Positions 1 through 10,083 are shown, counted from the first letter of the stretch. The stretch: DNA of 64,000 nucleotides from a virus (IMGVR_UViG_2778260992_000001), one strand, 5' to 3'. Numbers and translations: made by a program. Notes: generated from the letters alone by a model not told the origin.

Positions 1-26
1 CTGTACTGACAGCATCATAAACAGTA

Positions 27-248
27 TTGCATCAGGCGTTTTCACCAAAGAGGGTTAGCATGATGAGAACAGTAGAAGTTCGCGCTGAAGATGTAATCCC
101 AGGTGATGTGGTCATAACATCTAAAGGCAAACGATGTGCGGTTAAATCTTTCTGGATGGAAGGTGACAAAGTGACTCTGTTCGGTACGGATGGTTCCGAA
201 ACGGATTATGACTACGACGAATTGCTTGTTGTTGAGAGAGCTGCCTAA
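27..248 (+). CDS. hypothetical protein (prophage-like small ORF)
   Basis: ORF track; stop overlaps start of next ORF (coupled); start uncertain, alternative ATG near 61. Confidence 0.4.
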   Translation: MHQAFSPKRVSMMRTVEVRAEDVIPGDVVITSKGKRCAVKSFWMEGDKVTLFGTDGSETDYDYDELLVVERAA

Positions 249-952
249 TGACCACCTTTACCAAAGAACAGTTAATCTCCCATGCACGCGAAAGCGTTAG
301 TTATCTGGAAAACTTGAAAGGACGTGTTAGCAAAGAAGGTGCGGACTGCAAAGTTGTTCTTGAGATGGTTGAACGAGATCTAGAACTGGCACGAATTGCA
401 CTGGCCTCGCTTGAGGCAAAACCAATAGGTGCATTCCACATTGCAGAACAGCAAGTTGACGGCACAAGTGACTACCTCAAGGATGGAGAATGGCCTATTG
501 ATAATGGAATTATTGAGGTCTACGCCGCCCCACCCATTCCAGTAGTACCTGAAGAAAAACCAATGCCTAACCCTCTTAAAATGTACGCGGTCGATGCTGT
601 TGCCGCTATTGCAGAGGTGAGAGGCTGGAACGCCTGTCGTGCCGCCATGCTTCAGAGTCAAGATAGTGGCATTAAGGATAGCTGGATAAGCTGTAGTGAG
701 CGAATGCCTGTAATCGGCGAGCTAAATTGGAGAACTGGTTTTCCTTTGCTGATTACGTGTGAGATCGGCGTTATACCAGCTTATTACGGCTTTGTGAGCG
801 TTAATGGGGGTAAGCATTATGGTTTTATGGAAAGTTTTAAATACGGAGACGATCGCGGCGGCCATCCTCAAACTAATGAATATGGACTGATTAGCAACGT
901 AACCCATTGGATGCCGCTACCAGAACCTCCGCAGGAGTCGCAGAGTGAATAA
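248..952 (+). CDS. hypothetical prophage protein, possible DUF551-like C-terminus
   Basis: C-terminal W-I-S-x-S-E-R-M-P segment recalled as typical of enterobacterial prophage DUF551 proteins; unverified. Confidence 0.45.
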   Translation: MTTFTKEQLISHARESVSYLENLKGRVSKEGADCKVVLEMVERDLELARIALASLEAKPIGAFHIAEQQVDGTSDYLKDGEWPIDNGIIEVYAAPPIPVVPEEKPMPNPLKMYAVDAVAAIAEVRGWNACRAAMLQSQDSGIKDSWISCSERMPVIGELNWRTGFPLLITCEIGVIPAYYGFVSVNGGKHYGFMESFKYGDDRGGHPQTNEYGLISNVTHWMPLPEPPQESQSE

Positions 953-1151
953 AGCAGAGTTATTTCAGAAAATATCGGCTCTCGCGACTGAATGTCACGC
1001 TATAGCATCTGAGCTTGATGTTGGCGGTGAACGAACCGAGATGTTCGAAATATACAGTGTGCTGCGCAATCTCTGTCGGCGTGGCTACGCTACTCAGGTA
1101 GGGCGAATGACTAACCCACTACTTTCATTCTGTGATGAGGATGACGAATGA
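945..1151 (+). CDS. hypothetical protein
   Basis: Short ORF overlapping neighbours by a few nt in a coupled operon. Confidence 0.35.
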   Translation: MNKAELFQKISALATECHAIASELDVGGERTEMFEIYSVLRNLCRRGYATQVGRMTNPLLSFCDEDDE

Positions 1152-1531
1152 TGCATAAATCAGTAGCCGGTGAGCTTCAGAAGGAAGTCGATAATACCAC
1201 TGATCTATTGGACGATATTTTAAGCATTCTCGCGCTGCTTGAGGCTGGCGATTGGTCAGAACATTGCACTAAAACAGAGCTAGGCGGTCGGCTTGAAAGA
1301 GAGATTACACGACTGATTAGCGATGCCCAAAATGATTTGTCACCTGAGCATCTCCCCTGCGATGTAGTTCTTGTGCCAGGGATGAGGATACACGAAGGCG
1401 TCAGAACGAAAACATTATTAACCGCATTACAGAGAAGAGCCGAACTAAGCTCGCGGATAAAGTTGATGCCATCCAAAATATTTGATGTCGTCAAATTTAC
1501 GCCATCGCAACATACTGAGAGAGATAAATGA
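1148..1531 (+). CDS. hypothetical protein
   Basis: ORF with ATGA-type overlap to flanking ORFs. Confidence 0.4.
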   Translation: MMHKSVAGELQKEVDNTTDLLDDILSILALLEAGDWSEHCTKTELGGRLEREITRLISDAQNDLSPEHLPCDVVLVPGMRIHEGVRTKTLLTALQRRAELSSRIKLMPSKIFDVVKFTPSQHTERDK

Positions 1532-2154
1532 GCACGGTAGCGAAAGATCTCACAGAAGATATTCTCAATGAAATTATTGCTGGTGCAAATACCTCGCTTG
1601 AGCAACTTCTTGCGTTAGCACTGAGAGCCGAACGTCGAGACAGAAATCGTTTTTATGAGCGATTACCAGGGAAGCGACCAGATAGATCGGATGAAGAAGG
1701 TTGCGATATAGACTACATGGAGCCTTCAGAGATTTATCAACTTGGTAAAGATGACGGCTGGAACGCTTATCACGATGCTGTGATGAAGTTGGATGAAAAA
1801 GTTAAACCTCTTTCTCGACCGGTAGATCACGGTTTCCGCGATAACTGCGAATGCTCTAGTTGCCAGACCACGGCCCGTATTTGTTCCGAATTGACAGATA
1901 AGTCCAGCCTAATCTACGAAGTTAATGTAGGCGGTAATACATGGGTCGAATGCACAAGAGCTGCATACGTAAGAGCAAAAGACAAGGGTGAATTAACCAG
2001 AGTTGTTACCCATCACCCAAATAATGAGCTTAAAGATCACCAGATTAGAGAACTGGTGAACGAGTTGCGGGATATTGCGGTTCAGTACCACGGAGCGCAG
2101 CAATTGCGGGAGAAAATTGCCAGAGCAGTGAACAACTCAGTCCGTAAAAAATAA
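1528..2154 (+). CDS. hypothetical protein (Cys-containing, 208 aa)
   Basis: ORF, last gene of coupled operon; hairpin follows. Confidence 0.45.
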   Translation: MSTVAKDLTEDILNEIIAGANTSLEQLLALALRAERRDRNRFYERLPGKRPDRSDEEGCDIDYMEPSEIYQLGKDDGWNAYHDAVMKLDEKVKPLSRPVDHGFRDNCECSSCQTTARICSELTDKSSLIYEVNVGGNTWVECTRAAYVRAKDKGELTRVVTHHPNNELKDHQIRELVNELRDIAVQYHGAQQLREKIARAVNNSVRKK

Positions 2155-2170
2155 GCAATAGTACGATAAA

Positions 2171-2196
2171 GAGGCCCCATGCTCTTGATGGGGCCT
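2171..2196. terminator. GC hairpin (AGGCCCCAT / ATGGGGCCT) after left operon
   Basis: 9-bp perfect stem, 7-nt loop; no clean U-tract on plus strand. Confidence 0.35.
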
Positions 2197-2263
2197 GTAG
2201 CAACTAGCGTTATGGACGCTGGTTTACGTACTCAATGATCGCTTTGATAATCGCGAACATCGG

Positions 2264-2565
2264 CGGCACGATTTTGAACAGTAAGTTAACCATAACAGGC
2301 CTCACTTAGTTTTATCGCGCCTAGCTGCAAATACCTTTGGGCTTGCCTTTGCAGTTGCAATATCTGTAGTCGCCAGATACTTACGGCACGATTTCGAGTT
2401 AAGGTAAGGTTTTAGAGTCACCAAAAACCTGGACTTAAATCTTCTTTGAGAACAACGATGTTTGGTAAATGGTCATTATTACCTAGCATGACGGCTCAAC
2501 GTTTCTTGATGAATCCAGTACATTCGGTTAATCTTAGCTCAGTCGCCAGATACTTATGGCTCAGG
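2264..2565. repeat. direct repeats (CGGCACGATTTYGA..TAAG and AGTCGCCAGATACTTAYGGC), two copies each
   Basis: Copies at 2264-2291/2384-2409 and 2367-2393/2540-2565 in a noncoding stretch. Confidence 0.4.
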
Positions 2566-2597
2566 AACAGAGGCGCAAACTCTGTTTCCTTTTAAAA

Positions 2598-2630
2598 AGC
2601 CCAGCCTAGTCAACTGGGCTTTTTAATGTC
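2598..2630. terminator. rho-independent terminator (GCCCAG..CTGGGC + T-run)
   Basis: Stem-loop followed by TTTTT; reads as terminator on both strands. Confidence 0.55.
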
Positions 2631-2919
2631 CGTTTTTAACCAAATGTACCCACAATACCGCAACATCAGTGTCTTGCGAATTAAGATAGGATTTATAGAG
2701 ACTATGTGCAAGTGCATAACTTTGTGGATAACTCGTAAAGGAAAAAGTGGTTTCCGCGGACATTAGTTCAGACAAGGAGTCTGGGAAAGTCAATGGGAAG
2801 TAAAAATTTGTTAAAAATAACGTTTGTTGGAATTGTATATATTTATGCCTTTCAATAGTTAGCATCTTATTAACATCTTTTTTAAGAGATAGAGTTCAAA
2901 AATATATAGCTTCAACATA

Positions 2920-2939
2920 TACTGTATGCATATACAGTA
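2920..2939. promoter_or_regulatory. LexA (SOS) box TACTGTATGCATATACAGTA
   Basis: Matches CTGT-N8-ACAG consensus; lies 17 nt upstream of the umuD'-like start, after an AAGAGG Shine-Dalgarno. Confidence 0.75.
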
Positions 2940-2955
2940 TTAAGAGGCGAGTATT

Positions 2956-3345
2956 ATGGGCTTCCCTTCTCCTGCGGCGGATTATGCTGAGAGCCGTATT
3001 TCTCTTGATCAGCAGATAATTAGACATCCTTCAGCGACCTACTTCATGAGGGCAGCTGATAGTCATCATCGTGAGGGAATATTACAGGGTGCATTGCTGG
3101 TGGTCGATTCCTCACTTACCCCGGTTGATGGTTCTCTGCTTGTATGCGCTCTGGATGGGGAATATCGCGTAAAAAGATACCGGAAGTATCCACGTCAGCA
3201 TCTGGAGGATTTAAGAACCGGTAAGAAGGAAGCATTGCCAAAGGATGACGATGGATGCACGGGCAGCAATGCCGTGTTTGGTGTGATCACTCACATTATC
3301 AACGACGCAAGAAGTGGCGAGTTTGATGATTGTCCCGTGATGTAG
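2956..3345 (+). CDS. UmuD'-like S24 peptidase-family protein (orphan, no umuC)
   Basis: N-terminus MGFPSPAADY aligns to E. coli UmuD immediately after its Cys24-Gly25 cleavage site; Ser and Lys of the catalytic dyad retained; no stop-free extension upstream. Confidence 0.75.
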   Translation: MGFPSPAADYAESRISLDQQIIRHPSATYFMRAADSHHREGILQGALLVVDSSLTPVDGSLLVCALDGEYRVKRYRKYPRQHLEDLRTGKKEALPKDDDGCTGSNAVFGVITHIINDARSGEFDDCPVM

Positions 3346-3356
3346 GAGAACTGATT

Positions 3357-3382
3357 AGGCGGTGCAATGCACCGCCTTTTTA
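3357..3382. terminator. bidirectional terminator between umuD'-like gene and apbC
   Basis: AGGCGGTGCAATGCACCGCCT hairpin plus T-run. Confidence 0.6.
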
Positions 3383-4483
3383 TCACACTGCGCGGAATGC
3401 GATTTCGCCAGGTATTACTTCACCTTGCCAATACATTTGGGCAGCAACGCGATCTGCGAGGTCACGATAAATAGCCGTAAATTCGCTATCTGGACGACTA
3501 ATAACGGTTGGTGTTCCGTTATCCAGATCTTCACGAAGAGAGATATGAAGTGGCATTTGGCCTAACAACTGCGTGTTGTATTTCTCGGCCAGTTTCTGTG
3601 CGCCACCGGTGCCAAAAATTGGCTCGTGATGACCGCAGTTACTGCAAATATGCACACTCATGTTTTCAACGATACCCAGTACCGGCACTTCGACTTTTTC
3701 GAACATCACAATGCCTTTCTTCGCATCGATCAGCGCGATGTCTTGCGGCGTAGTTACCACAACCGCACCAGTTACAGGAATGTTCTGCGCCAGCGTCAAC
3801 TGAATATCACCAGTGCCCGGCGGCATATCGAGAACGAGATAGTCCAGATCAGGCCACAGTGTTTCCTGCAACATCTGCATCAGCGCCTTGCTGGCCATCG
3901 GTCCACGCCACACCATTGCATTGTCGTCGGTGACCAGATAACCAATAGAGTTGGTTGCCAGGCCATGAGACATGATAGGTGCCATGTGAGTACCGTCAGG
4001 TGAGGTTGGACGTTGGTTTTCCGAGCCCAGCATGGTTGGAATTGATGGACCATAGATATCGGCATCCAAAATACCAACTTTCGCACCTTCAGCAGCCAAC
4101 GCCAGTGCCAGGTTTACCGCCGTGGAGGATTTACCCACGCCGCCCTTGCCTGAGCTGACGGCGATAATGTTCTTCACGCCATTAATGCCTGGTTGGTTTT
4201 TGACGCGCTTAAGCGTGGCAATGTTGTACGACAGCTTCCAGTCAATAGCCTTTGCGCCAGTGATACGGAGCAGATCACCACTACATTGCTCTTTCAGGTC
4301 TTCAAAAGGCTTATTCCACACGAAAGGCATGATTAGTTCGACATGCAGTGTGTCATCCATCAACGCAACATGGTGTAACGCTTTAAGCGTAGTCAGGTTG
4401 TGTTTCAGGGTTGGGTGCTGAAAATTAGCCAGCGTACCGGCTACCATTGCTCTCAGGGCATCCGGCGATTTGGACTCGCTCAT
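3383..4483 (-). CDS. apbC: iron-sulfur cluster carrier ATPase ApbC/Mrp
   Basis: Walker A GKGGVGKSS, C-terminal CSNCGHHEP motif; near-identical to E. coli Mrp as recalled; divergent from metG. Confidence 0.92.
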   Translation of the reverse strand: MSESKSPDALRAMVAGTLANFQHPTLKHNLTTLKALHHVALMDDTLHVELIMPFVWNKPFEDLKEQCSGDLLRITGAKAIDWKLSYNIATLKRVKNQPGINGVKNIIAVSSGKGGVGKSSTAVNLALALAAEGAKVGILDADIYGPSIPTMLGSENQRPTSPDGTHMAPIMSHGLATNSIGYLVTDDNAMVWRGPMASKALMQMLQETLWPDLDYLVLDMPPGTGDIQLTLAQNIPVTGAVVVTTPQDIALIDAKKGIVMFEKVEVPVLGIVENMSVHICSNCGHHEPIFGTGGAQKLAEKYNTQLLGQMPLHISLREDLDNGTPTVISRPDSEFTAIYRDLADRVAAQMYWQGEVIPGEIAFRAV

Positions 4484-4640
4484 CCCGTCTCCTTTATTTT
4501 AATTTGCGCAATTGTCGCCTTGTAGTGTACTCCAGCTACGACATTTAATCATTTATGAGAAATGCTGTTATCACATGGCAGACATAAGGCCATTTTGTTA
4601 CTATCAAGCCCCTTTTCACTACAAAGAAGTAATGCCTACT

Positions 4641-6674
4641 ATGACCCAAGTCGCGAAGAAAATTCTGGTGACGTGCGCGCTGCCGTACGCTAACGGCTCA
4701 ATCCACCTCGGCCATATGCTGGAGCACATCCAGGCTGATGTCTGGGTTCGTTACCAGCGAATGCGCGGCCACGAGGTTAATTTCATCTGTGCCGACGATG
4801 CCCACGGTACGCCGATCATGCTGAAAGCACAGCAGCTTGGTATCACACCGGAACAGATGATTGGCGAAATGAGTCAGGAACACCAGACTGATTTTGCAGG
4901 CTTTAACATCAGCTATGACAACTATCACTCGACGCACAGCGAAGAGAACCGTCAGTTGTCCGAGCTTATCTATACTCGCCTGAAAGAGAACGGTTTTATT
5001 AAAAACCGCACCATCTCTCAGCTGTACGATCCGGAAAAAGGCATGTTCCTGCCGGACCGTTTTGTGAAAGGCACCTGCCCGAAATGTAAAGCACCGGATC
5101 AATACGGCGATAACTGTGAAGTCTGCGGCGCTACTTACAGCCCGACTGAACTGATCGAGCCGAAATCGGTAGTTTCTGGTGCTACGCCGGTAATGCGTGA
5201 TTCCGAACACTTCTTCTTTGATCTGCCTTCTTTCAGCGAAATGTTGCAGGCATGGACCCGCAGCGGTGCGTTGCAGGAGCAGGTGGCAAACAAAATGCAG
5301 GAGTGGTTTGAATCTGGCCTGCAACAGTGGGATATCTCCCGCGATGCGCCGTACTTCGGTTTTGAAATTCCGAACGCACCGGGCAAATATTTCTACGTCT
5401 GGCTGGACGCGCCGATTGGCTACATGGGTTCCTTCAAGAATCTGTGCGACAAACGCGGCGACACTACCAGCTTCGACGAATACTGGAAGAAAGACTCCAC
5501 CGCCGAGCTGTACCACTTCATCGGTAAAGATATCGTTTACTTCCACAGCCTGTTCTGGCCTGCCATGCTGGAAGGCAGCAATTTCCGCAAGCCGACCAAC
5601 CTGTTTGTTCATGGCTATGTGACGGTGAACGGTGCGAAGATGTCCAAGTCTCGCGGCACCTTTATTAAAGCCAGCACCTGGCTGAATCATTTTGACGCTG
5701 ACAGCCTGCGTTACTACTACACTGCGAAACTCTCTTCGCGCATTGATGATATCGATCTCAACCTGGAGGATTTCGTTCAGCGCGTGAATGCCGATATCGT
5801 GAACAAAGTGGTTAACCTGGCCTCCCGTAATGCAGGCTTTATCAACAAGCGTTTTGACGGCGTGCTGGCAAGCGAACTGGCTGACCCGCAACTGTACAAA
5901 ACCTTTACTGATGCTGCTGAAGTGATTGGTGAAGCATGGGAAAGCCGCGAATTTGGTAAAGCGATTCGTGAAATCATGGCGCTGGCTGATCTGGCTAACC
6001 GCTATGTCGATGAACAGGCTCCGTGGGTGGTGGCGAAGCAGGAAGGGCGCGATGCCGATCTGCAGGCGATTTGCTCTATGGGCATTAACCTGTTCCGCGT
6101 GCTGATGACGTACCTGAAACCGGTACTGCCGAAACTGACTGAACGTGCAGAAGCATTCCTGAATACAGAACTGACCTGGGATGGTATCCAGCAACCGCTG
6201 CTGGGCCATAAAGTGAATCCGTTCAAGGCACTGTATAACCGCATCGACATGAAGCAGGTTGAAGCACTGGTGGAAGCATCCAAAGAGGAAGTAAAAGCCG
6301 CTGCCGCGCCAGTAACTGGCCCACTGGCAGATGATCCGATTCAGGAAACCATCACCTTTGACGACTTCGCCAAAGTTGACCTGCGCGTGGCTCTGATTGA
6401 AAACGCGGAGTTTGTCGAAGGTTCTGACAAACTGCTTCGCCTGACGCTGGATCTCGGTGGCGAAAAACGTAATGTCTTCTCCGGCATTCGTTCCGCTTAT
6501 CCAGATCCACAGGCACTGATTGGTCGTCACACCATTATGGTGGCCAACCTGGCTCCGCGTAAAATGCGCTTCGGTATCTCCGAAGGCATGGTGATGGCTG
6601 CTGGCCCCGGCGGGAAAGATATCTTCCTGTTAAGCCCGGATGCTGGTGCTAAACCAGGCCACCAGGTTAAGTAA
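4641..6674 (+). CDS. metG: methionine--tRNA ligase
   Basis: 677 aa from ATG at 4641 (track start 4512 is TTG); HIGH-like ANGSIHLGH and KMSKS motifs; matches E. coli MetG as recalled. Confidence 0.95.
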   Translation: MTQVAKKILVTCALPYANGSIHLGHMLEHIQADVWVRYQRMRGHEVNFICADDAHGTPIMLKAQQLGITPEQMIGEMSQEHQTDFAGFNISYDNYHSTHSEENRQLSELIYTRLKENGFIKNRTISQLYDPEKGMFLPDRFVKGTCPKCKAPDQYGDNCEVCGATYSPTELIEPKSVVSGATPVMRDSEHFFFDLPSFSEMLQAWTRSGALQEQVANKMQEWFESGLQQWDISRDAPYFGFEIPNAPGKYFYVWLDAPIGYMGSFKNLCDKRGDTTSFDEYWKKDSTAELYHFIGKDIVYFHSLFWPAMLEGSNFRKPTNLFVHGYVTVNGAKMSKSRGTFIKASTWLNHFDADSLRYYYTAKLSSRIDDIDLNLEDFVQRVNADIVNKVVNLASRNAGFINKRFDGVLASELADPQLYKTFTDAAEVIGEAWESREFGKAIREIMALADLANRYVDEQAPWVVAKQEGRDADLQAICSMGINLFRVLMTYLKPVLPKLTERAEAFLNTELTWDGIQQPLLGHKVNPFKALYNRIDMKQVEALVEASKEEVKAAAAPVTGPLADDPIQETITFDDFAKVDLRVALIENAEFVEGSDKLLRLTLDLGGEKRNVFSGIRSAYPDPQALIGRHTIMVANLAPRKMRFGISEGMVMAAGPGGKDIFLLSPDAGAKPGHQVK

Positions 6675-6694
6675 TTAAGCAACCATTCTTCACA

Positions 6695-6721
6695 ATGCCC
6701 GGCAATACGCTGGGCATTTTC
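6695..6721 (+). terminator. putative metG terminator
   Basis: ATGCCC..GGGCAT stem followed by TTTTC. Confidence 0.45.
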
Positions 6722-6756
6722 ATTTAGACACAATCCCTTCTGATTTACACATACCC

Positions 6757-6773
6757 TAAAACAATTTGTTTTC
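6757..6773. promoter_or_regulatory. class-1 palindrome AAAACAA-N-TTGTTTT (operator-like)
   Basis: TAAAACAATTTGTTTTC; first of more than 10 copies. Confidence 0.6.
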
Positions 6774-6806
6774 TGCCTTTTGTTGATTGAGATAATAAAC
6801 CACATA

Positions 6807-6823
6807 AGAAAACAACTTGTTTT
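6807..6823. promoter_or_regulatory. class-1 palindrome
   Basis: AGAAAACAACTTGTTTT, 13 nt upstream of ORF 6836. Confidence 0.6.
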
Positions 6824-6835
6824 GGAGTGGTTTAA

Positions 6836-7135
6836 ATGTTGAACATTACCCAAGCCTACCAGGTGGCATTGATCAGCTCATCTCATACATCAGAGGAAGA
6901 TGCTCGCCGATTCATGATCGCAAGCAATGAGCTGGATTGGGTTTCACAAATTGAGTACGGTTGCATTGTCCACGCCGGGTTACAGGATGATGTCTGGAAA
7001 GACAACTTGCGTCGATATGGTATATCCGAGGGCGCGATTTCGAACATTCAGAAGGTACTTGATGTAGGCTTCGACTCTGTACATTTCGATTGTGGCGCAC
7101 CGGTCGTTGAAGGGCTTGAGTGCTGGCAATGGTAA
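6836..7135 (+). CDS. hypothetical protein
   Basis: ATG with GGAGTGG Shine-Dalgarno; first ORF after class-1 motifs. Confidence 0.5.
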   Translation: MLNITQAYQVALISSSHTSEEDARRFMIASNELDWVSQIEYGCIVHAGLQDDVWKDNLRRYGISEGAISNIQKVLDVGFDSVHFDCGAPVVEGLECWQW

Positions 7136-7171
7136 TCCGGCAATCGCTTCATACTAGATAACGGAGAATTT

Positions 7172-7357
7172 ATGCTTAAAGAAGACTCATATCTACTAAA
7201 GGCGCTTGAAATGCGTGGCGTTGAACCTACAGTGAAAAACGCCCACGATATCTACCTTCAGTTTTCACCGGAGCTGAAACGGCTCATAAATCAATACGGG
7301 GTTAATGACTCAAGTGTTAAAGCGATGATAGATGATGAATTAGACCATCTCATCTAA
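7172..7357 (+). CDS. hypothetical small protein
   Basis: ORF with Shine-Dalgarno. Confidence 0.4.
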   Translation: MLKEDSYLLKALEMRGVEPTVKNAHDIYLQFSPELKRLINQYGVNDSSVKAMIDDELDHLI

Positions 7358-7509
7358 TCGTTATCCTATGATAATGGTTTCACTTTGAGATTGTCATTTT
7401 TCATAGCCAAAGCTGATGTTTGTGGAAGGTGGATTGATAAACGGATGCGTATTTAGGTTATACAAGTGAGAAAATTGATAATATATAAAAGCGATTTTTA
7501 TGTGATGGA

Positions 7510-8079
7510 ATGGATGTGATGGAAACCCAGAACCAACAAACAAAACCTCTGAATAACATTTATGCGTGGATTCTAGCGTTCATGCCTTTCTTCTTTGGAG
7601 TATTGCCGGAAGAGTATACCAATTACGCTATTATAATTGGGGGTGTAACTACCATCGGTTTGTTAGTAGCTGACAGAATGGCTCTATCGGAGTCTGGCTG
7701 TGAACCACCTTCAATTCTATGGGGGGTATTCCTCCTGCCTGTCTATCTCTGGAAGCGCGCGACTATTACAAAAGGCAGCAGAGTGCCATTTATCATAATC
7801 GTTGCGTCGCTGGCTTGGATTATCTTCATCGGCATCCCACACAAGGACGAGGTTGCTCTTGAAGAAGCAGCCTGCCCTCTCGTGACAACTATTCTGAAAG
7901 AGAATAACGGTTCGACTGCACCAAAATGTATGAAGGTGACAATAGAGGACAAGGTGACGGATAAGTTCTATAGAGCAACGGCTACACTAGACAATGGTAA
8001 TGACATTAACATTACTCTGGAACTTACCGGTGACAGGAACTTCTACGTCCGTGTTCCAAATGTTTATCTGAACAACTAA
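7510..8079 (+). CDS. hypothetical integral membrane protein
   Basis: Several hydrophobic helices in translation (AWILAFMPFFFGVL, FIIIVASLAWIIFIGI). Confidence 0.5.
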   Translation: MDVMETQNQQTKPLNNIYAWILAFMPFFFGVLPEEYTNYAIIIGGVTTIGLLVADRMALSESGCEPPSILWGVFLLPVYLWKRATITKGSRVPFIIIVASLAWIIFIGIPHKDEVALEEAACPLVTTILKENNGSTAPKCMKVTIEDKVTDKFYRATATLDNGNDINITLELTGDRNFYVRVPNVYLNN

Positions 8080-8225
8080 CGGTTGCAACTTATTGATAAT
8101 GGCGGTCACAATTTGATTCTTTTCTATAAGAATCCGTTGATCGCCACTACTCCCCTTCCATACCTGCAATCATACCCTTAAATATCAATAGGTTATGGTT
8201 GTTTATACAAATAAGAAAACAACTA

Positions 8226-8945
8226 AATAACAGATCAACGAAACGTCAACGCTTTCACCCGATTTGGTCTAAAAAATTGACGTTTTCACACATCACTTCT
8301 TATACCCGTAACTCTACGCAGCAGACAGCGCCACAGCGTCCAATTTTCACCACAGACGACCCAACACACTACCAACAAAAACACACGCTCAAAATCGCTC
8401 CCGTTGCGTTACGCAACCATATAAACAACTTATTTTCAGGCATAACAAAACAACTAAATAACACACATGCCATTCCCAAAAACAACCAACCTCTTTATGG
8501 CAGGCTACCGAAAAGACCCACCTCTTCTCCCCAGGCTACCGGACAACCAACCTAACTTTCACAGGCAATCCGAAAACATTCATACGCGCGATACCCACGA
8601 CACGCCATTACCCAAACAGCGAAGAAATACCAGACTCACTGAAACCCCAACGAAGCCTGTTACCGCAAGGATTCTCTCAATCCCAAAAGACACGAAACAG
8701 AACAATCACGGGAAACGCCATTACCCAATACACGAATAACTACAAAAGCCTTTCAGGCACTCCAGACAAACAACTCAAACACAATAACGAAAGCAATCGC
8801 CCACCTGCCATTACTCCATACACGGAGAAGAACAATCACCAAAACGACGAGAACACCCCATAGAAGAACCACCGCAAAACGAACGAAACCACATACACCG
8901 ACAGAGAAAACAACACACCCAATTCACCAACAGAAATAGTCGCCG
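8226..8945. other. noncoding A+C-rich (G-poor) strand-skewed region
   Basis: About 0.7 kb without credible ORF; plus strand dominated by CAAC/ACAA/AAC runs. Confidence 0.55.
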
Positions 8946-9140
8946 TATAGGACATTCTGGAAGGAGTGAGCATTAACGCCTATAGAGAGGTTGAGACAGA
9001 TAAAACACAACATGTATAGCGAAGAAGCCAGGTATGTATAAGTGGGGATGGAAGGAGGGGTGTCGCCTCCTTTTTCGTATTTATTCAACTCCTGATTTTA
9101 TCCCCCGTAACACCCCTACGGTCAGCCTTCGGTCCATACA

Positions 9141-9271
9141 GGGGAAAGGCTGCATCCCGCTACAGAAACGGCTGGGTTGCCTTTGGGAACGGCTGGAGGT
9201 TTTCAGGGAAACGGTCGAGTTGCCTGTGTGGATTTCGGGAAAAGGCTCGATGCCGGTTCAGGAACGGTGGC
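9141..9271. repeat. iteron array 1: six GRAAACGGC-like repeats at about 21-bp spacing
   Basis: Copies starting near 9144, 9164, 9187, 9208, 9239, 9261 in a G-rich noncoding stretch. Confidence 0.6.
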
Positions 9272-9600
9272 GTACCGGTATAGCGAGAGGGAGAGTTGCG
9301 GCTACCCACCTGTAATGTGCGGGAAGAAGAGAGGCGCTCACGTAGGCGGACTTGCTTACCGCTGGATTCCCTCTGAATGCCCAGCTACAGCGTAATTGTG
9401 CCAGACAGCCAACGGGTCACAATCGATTTCAGTAGGTTTTTGGGGAGAGGATTACTCTGCCACCAGCCACTTTCGGCCACTAAATCAGAATAATGTAAAA
9501 AGTGTACTCGGTACTGAACCTGAAAACTCACTGCCAAAACCACATTCACCGGAACAAAATCCTTTTTCGCCTGTGCGTTATTGCGATAATAACACCATCA

Positions 9601-9617
9601 AGAAAACATGTTGTTTA
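9601..9617. promoter_or_regulatory. class-1 palindrome
   Basis: AGAAAACATGTTGTTTA; the track ATG at 9608 lies inside it. Confidence 0.55.
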
Positions 9618-9628
9618 AGGATTGCTTT

Positions 9629-9958
9629 ATGTTTACAAATATCGACATCAACCAAATCAAGAAATTAACTCAAAAAGAGTTTGATCAGTTTTATGAGTTA
9701 GAAGGTTGGTCTTCCACTCTGATCAATTCAAGATGGGTGCTGGAACTGATGACTCGTGATGACGCACCTGCTTTGATGATCAGCGACCTGGGTGAAGATG
9801 CTGACTTTATGGATATGAGCGAATTTTGTGTGGACACATACAACCGCAGCCAGAAGTACTACTTCACATGCGATAGCGAAAATGACGTGATTTCTAAGGT
9901 CTATCTTCACCTCGTCCAGCATTGGGACGTTCAGGAGTTTCTTGAAGTATTCGAGTAA
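9629..9958 (+). CDS. acidic small early protein (hypothetical)
   Basis: ATG at 9629 after AAGGA; product strongly acidic (about 22 D/E vs 8 K/R). Confidence 0.5.
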   Translation: MFTNIDINQIKKLTQKEFDQFYELEGWSSTLINSRWVLELMTRDDAPALMISDLGEDADFMDMSEFCVDTYNRSQKYYFTCDSENDVISKVYLHLVQHWDVQEFLEVFE

Positions 9959-9967
9959 CCCCAACCA

Positions 9968-9990
9968 AAGCCAGCATTGCTGGCTTAATT
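9968..9990 (+). terminator. hairpin AAGCCAGCATTGCTGGCTT
   Basis: Perfect stem immediately after stop. Confidence 0.5.
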
Positions 9991-10083
9991 TCTCTATAGC
10001 CGCAGGGAAGAACCTGCATATAGCTCATGCACCTGATCAATATGCTTTGTAGCCGTTTTCTTACTGGTATTATTTACGCCATT

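Noticed and set aside
2623-2865. 80-aa minus-strand ORF divergent from the umuD'-like gene
   Set aside because: Has a terminator and shares the SOS-box region, so it might be real, but the translation is low-complexity and there is no clear ribosome-binding site; left uncalled.
3508-4421. Track ORFs antisense to apbC (3508..3753, 3626..4003, 4122..4421)
   Set aside because: All lie inside the apbC coding region on the opposite strand.
4698-6530. 610-aa ORF antisense to metG
   Set aside because: Lies entirely inside the well-supported metG gene on the opposite strand; a typical antisense artefact of a long gene.
8199-8739. Track ORFs 8199..8555 and 8467..8739 in the A+C-rich region
   Set aside because: Low-complexity translations driven by composition, no ribosome-binding site, region better explained as noncoding.
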